Shown piece after piece: positions 63,499-64,000 of a stretch of 64,000 nt of DNA; position 1 is the stretch's first letter; each line of letters opens with the position of its first letter. Both the position numbers and the translations under genes were made by a program. Origin of the DNA: Podarcis gaigeae (Eukaryota); NCBI GenBank assembly GCA_964106915.2, contig OZ066916.1; one strand, given 5' to 3'. Below the pieces are notes generated by a model. That model was given only the letters and a program-made list of their open reading frames with translations. It had not been told where the DNA came from and did no database searches.

Positions 63499-64000
63499 CC
63501 TCAATATAGCAACTCTCTCTTGTATTCTCCCTGTAAAGTATAACTTTACAAAAGGAGCCTGAGCTAAAAAGGAAAATACTCAAATATACATATTCAAAAA
63601 AAAAAGAAAAGAAAACTTGGTGGAACCAAAGGAAATGAGAAAGGGGAAAGAAGTGGATAAGTGTCTTTAAATAGTAGCTAAACAATTGTATTATCCACAC
63701 TTACGCTTCCTCCACTCTTTCTAGAGCTTTCTCTAGAAAACAAGCTCTCTAAAGCTCAATTGCTGCAAACGGCAATCCATGGGTAACCTAAATGGACGTT
63801 TGCTCCGATTGAGTGCTAAAGAGTGAGTTTTCGTGGGGAAAGCTCCAGGGCAAAAAGTCAACAATGCTCGGACACAAAGCTTTTAAGCATGGACCTGTGC
63901 CTGAAAAGAACAGGGCAAAAGCTACGTGTGGGTAAGATCTCAGATTAGGTAGATCAAGAGACTAGAAAACTTCAGTAAAAAGCTTTATTTTTTCTCCACT

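Noticed and set aside
63434-63700. ORF ending in a poly-RE tract
   Set aside because: Translation of a (TC)n microsatellite.

Overview
This is vertebrate genomic DNA, most likely from a squamate reptile and probably a lacertid lizard, inferred from Sauria/Squam1 SINEs, Squam3-like SINEs and Bov-B, L1, L2 and CR1 LINE remnants. It is not a microbial accessory region. The window lies inside the parkin gene (PRKN) on the minus strand. Two coding exons are recognisable by sequence, length and splice sites: the 62-bp exon orthologous to human exon 8 (61626-61687, end of RING1) and the 150-bp exon orthologous to human exon 9 (55737-55886, RING1-IBR helix and first half of IBR). Everything below 55737 appears to be one intron of at least 55.7 kb; exon 10 was not found by eye. 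That intron holds many transposable elements: 8 Sauria SINEs in 3 subfamilies (4 of them near-identical young copies with perfect TSDs), a young 5'-truncated L1, Tc1/mariner and hAT MITEs (several nested), Bov-B, L2 and CR1 fragments, and microsatellites. Almost all other ORFs in the track are spurious. I see no convincing new multi-gene system. The best leads are: a 1.14-kb non-coding retroelement with L1-type hallmarks; a structurally conserved but sequence-divergent 3' stem-loop across the Sauria SINE subfamilies; a candidate 55-nt poison or alternative terminal exon of PRKN; a Cys at the position of human parkin Q317; and several enhancer-like motif clusters. Repeat family names come from recalled consensus features, not from a database search.
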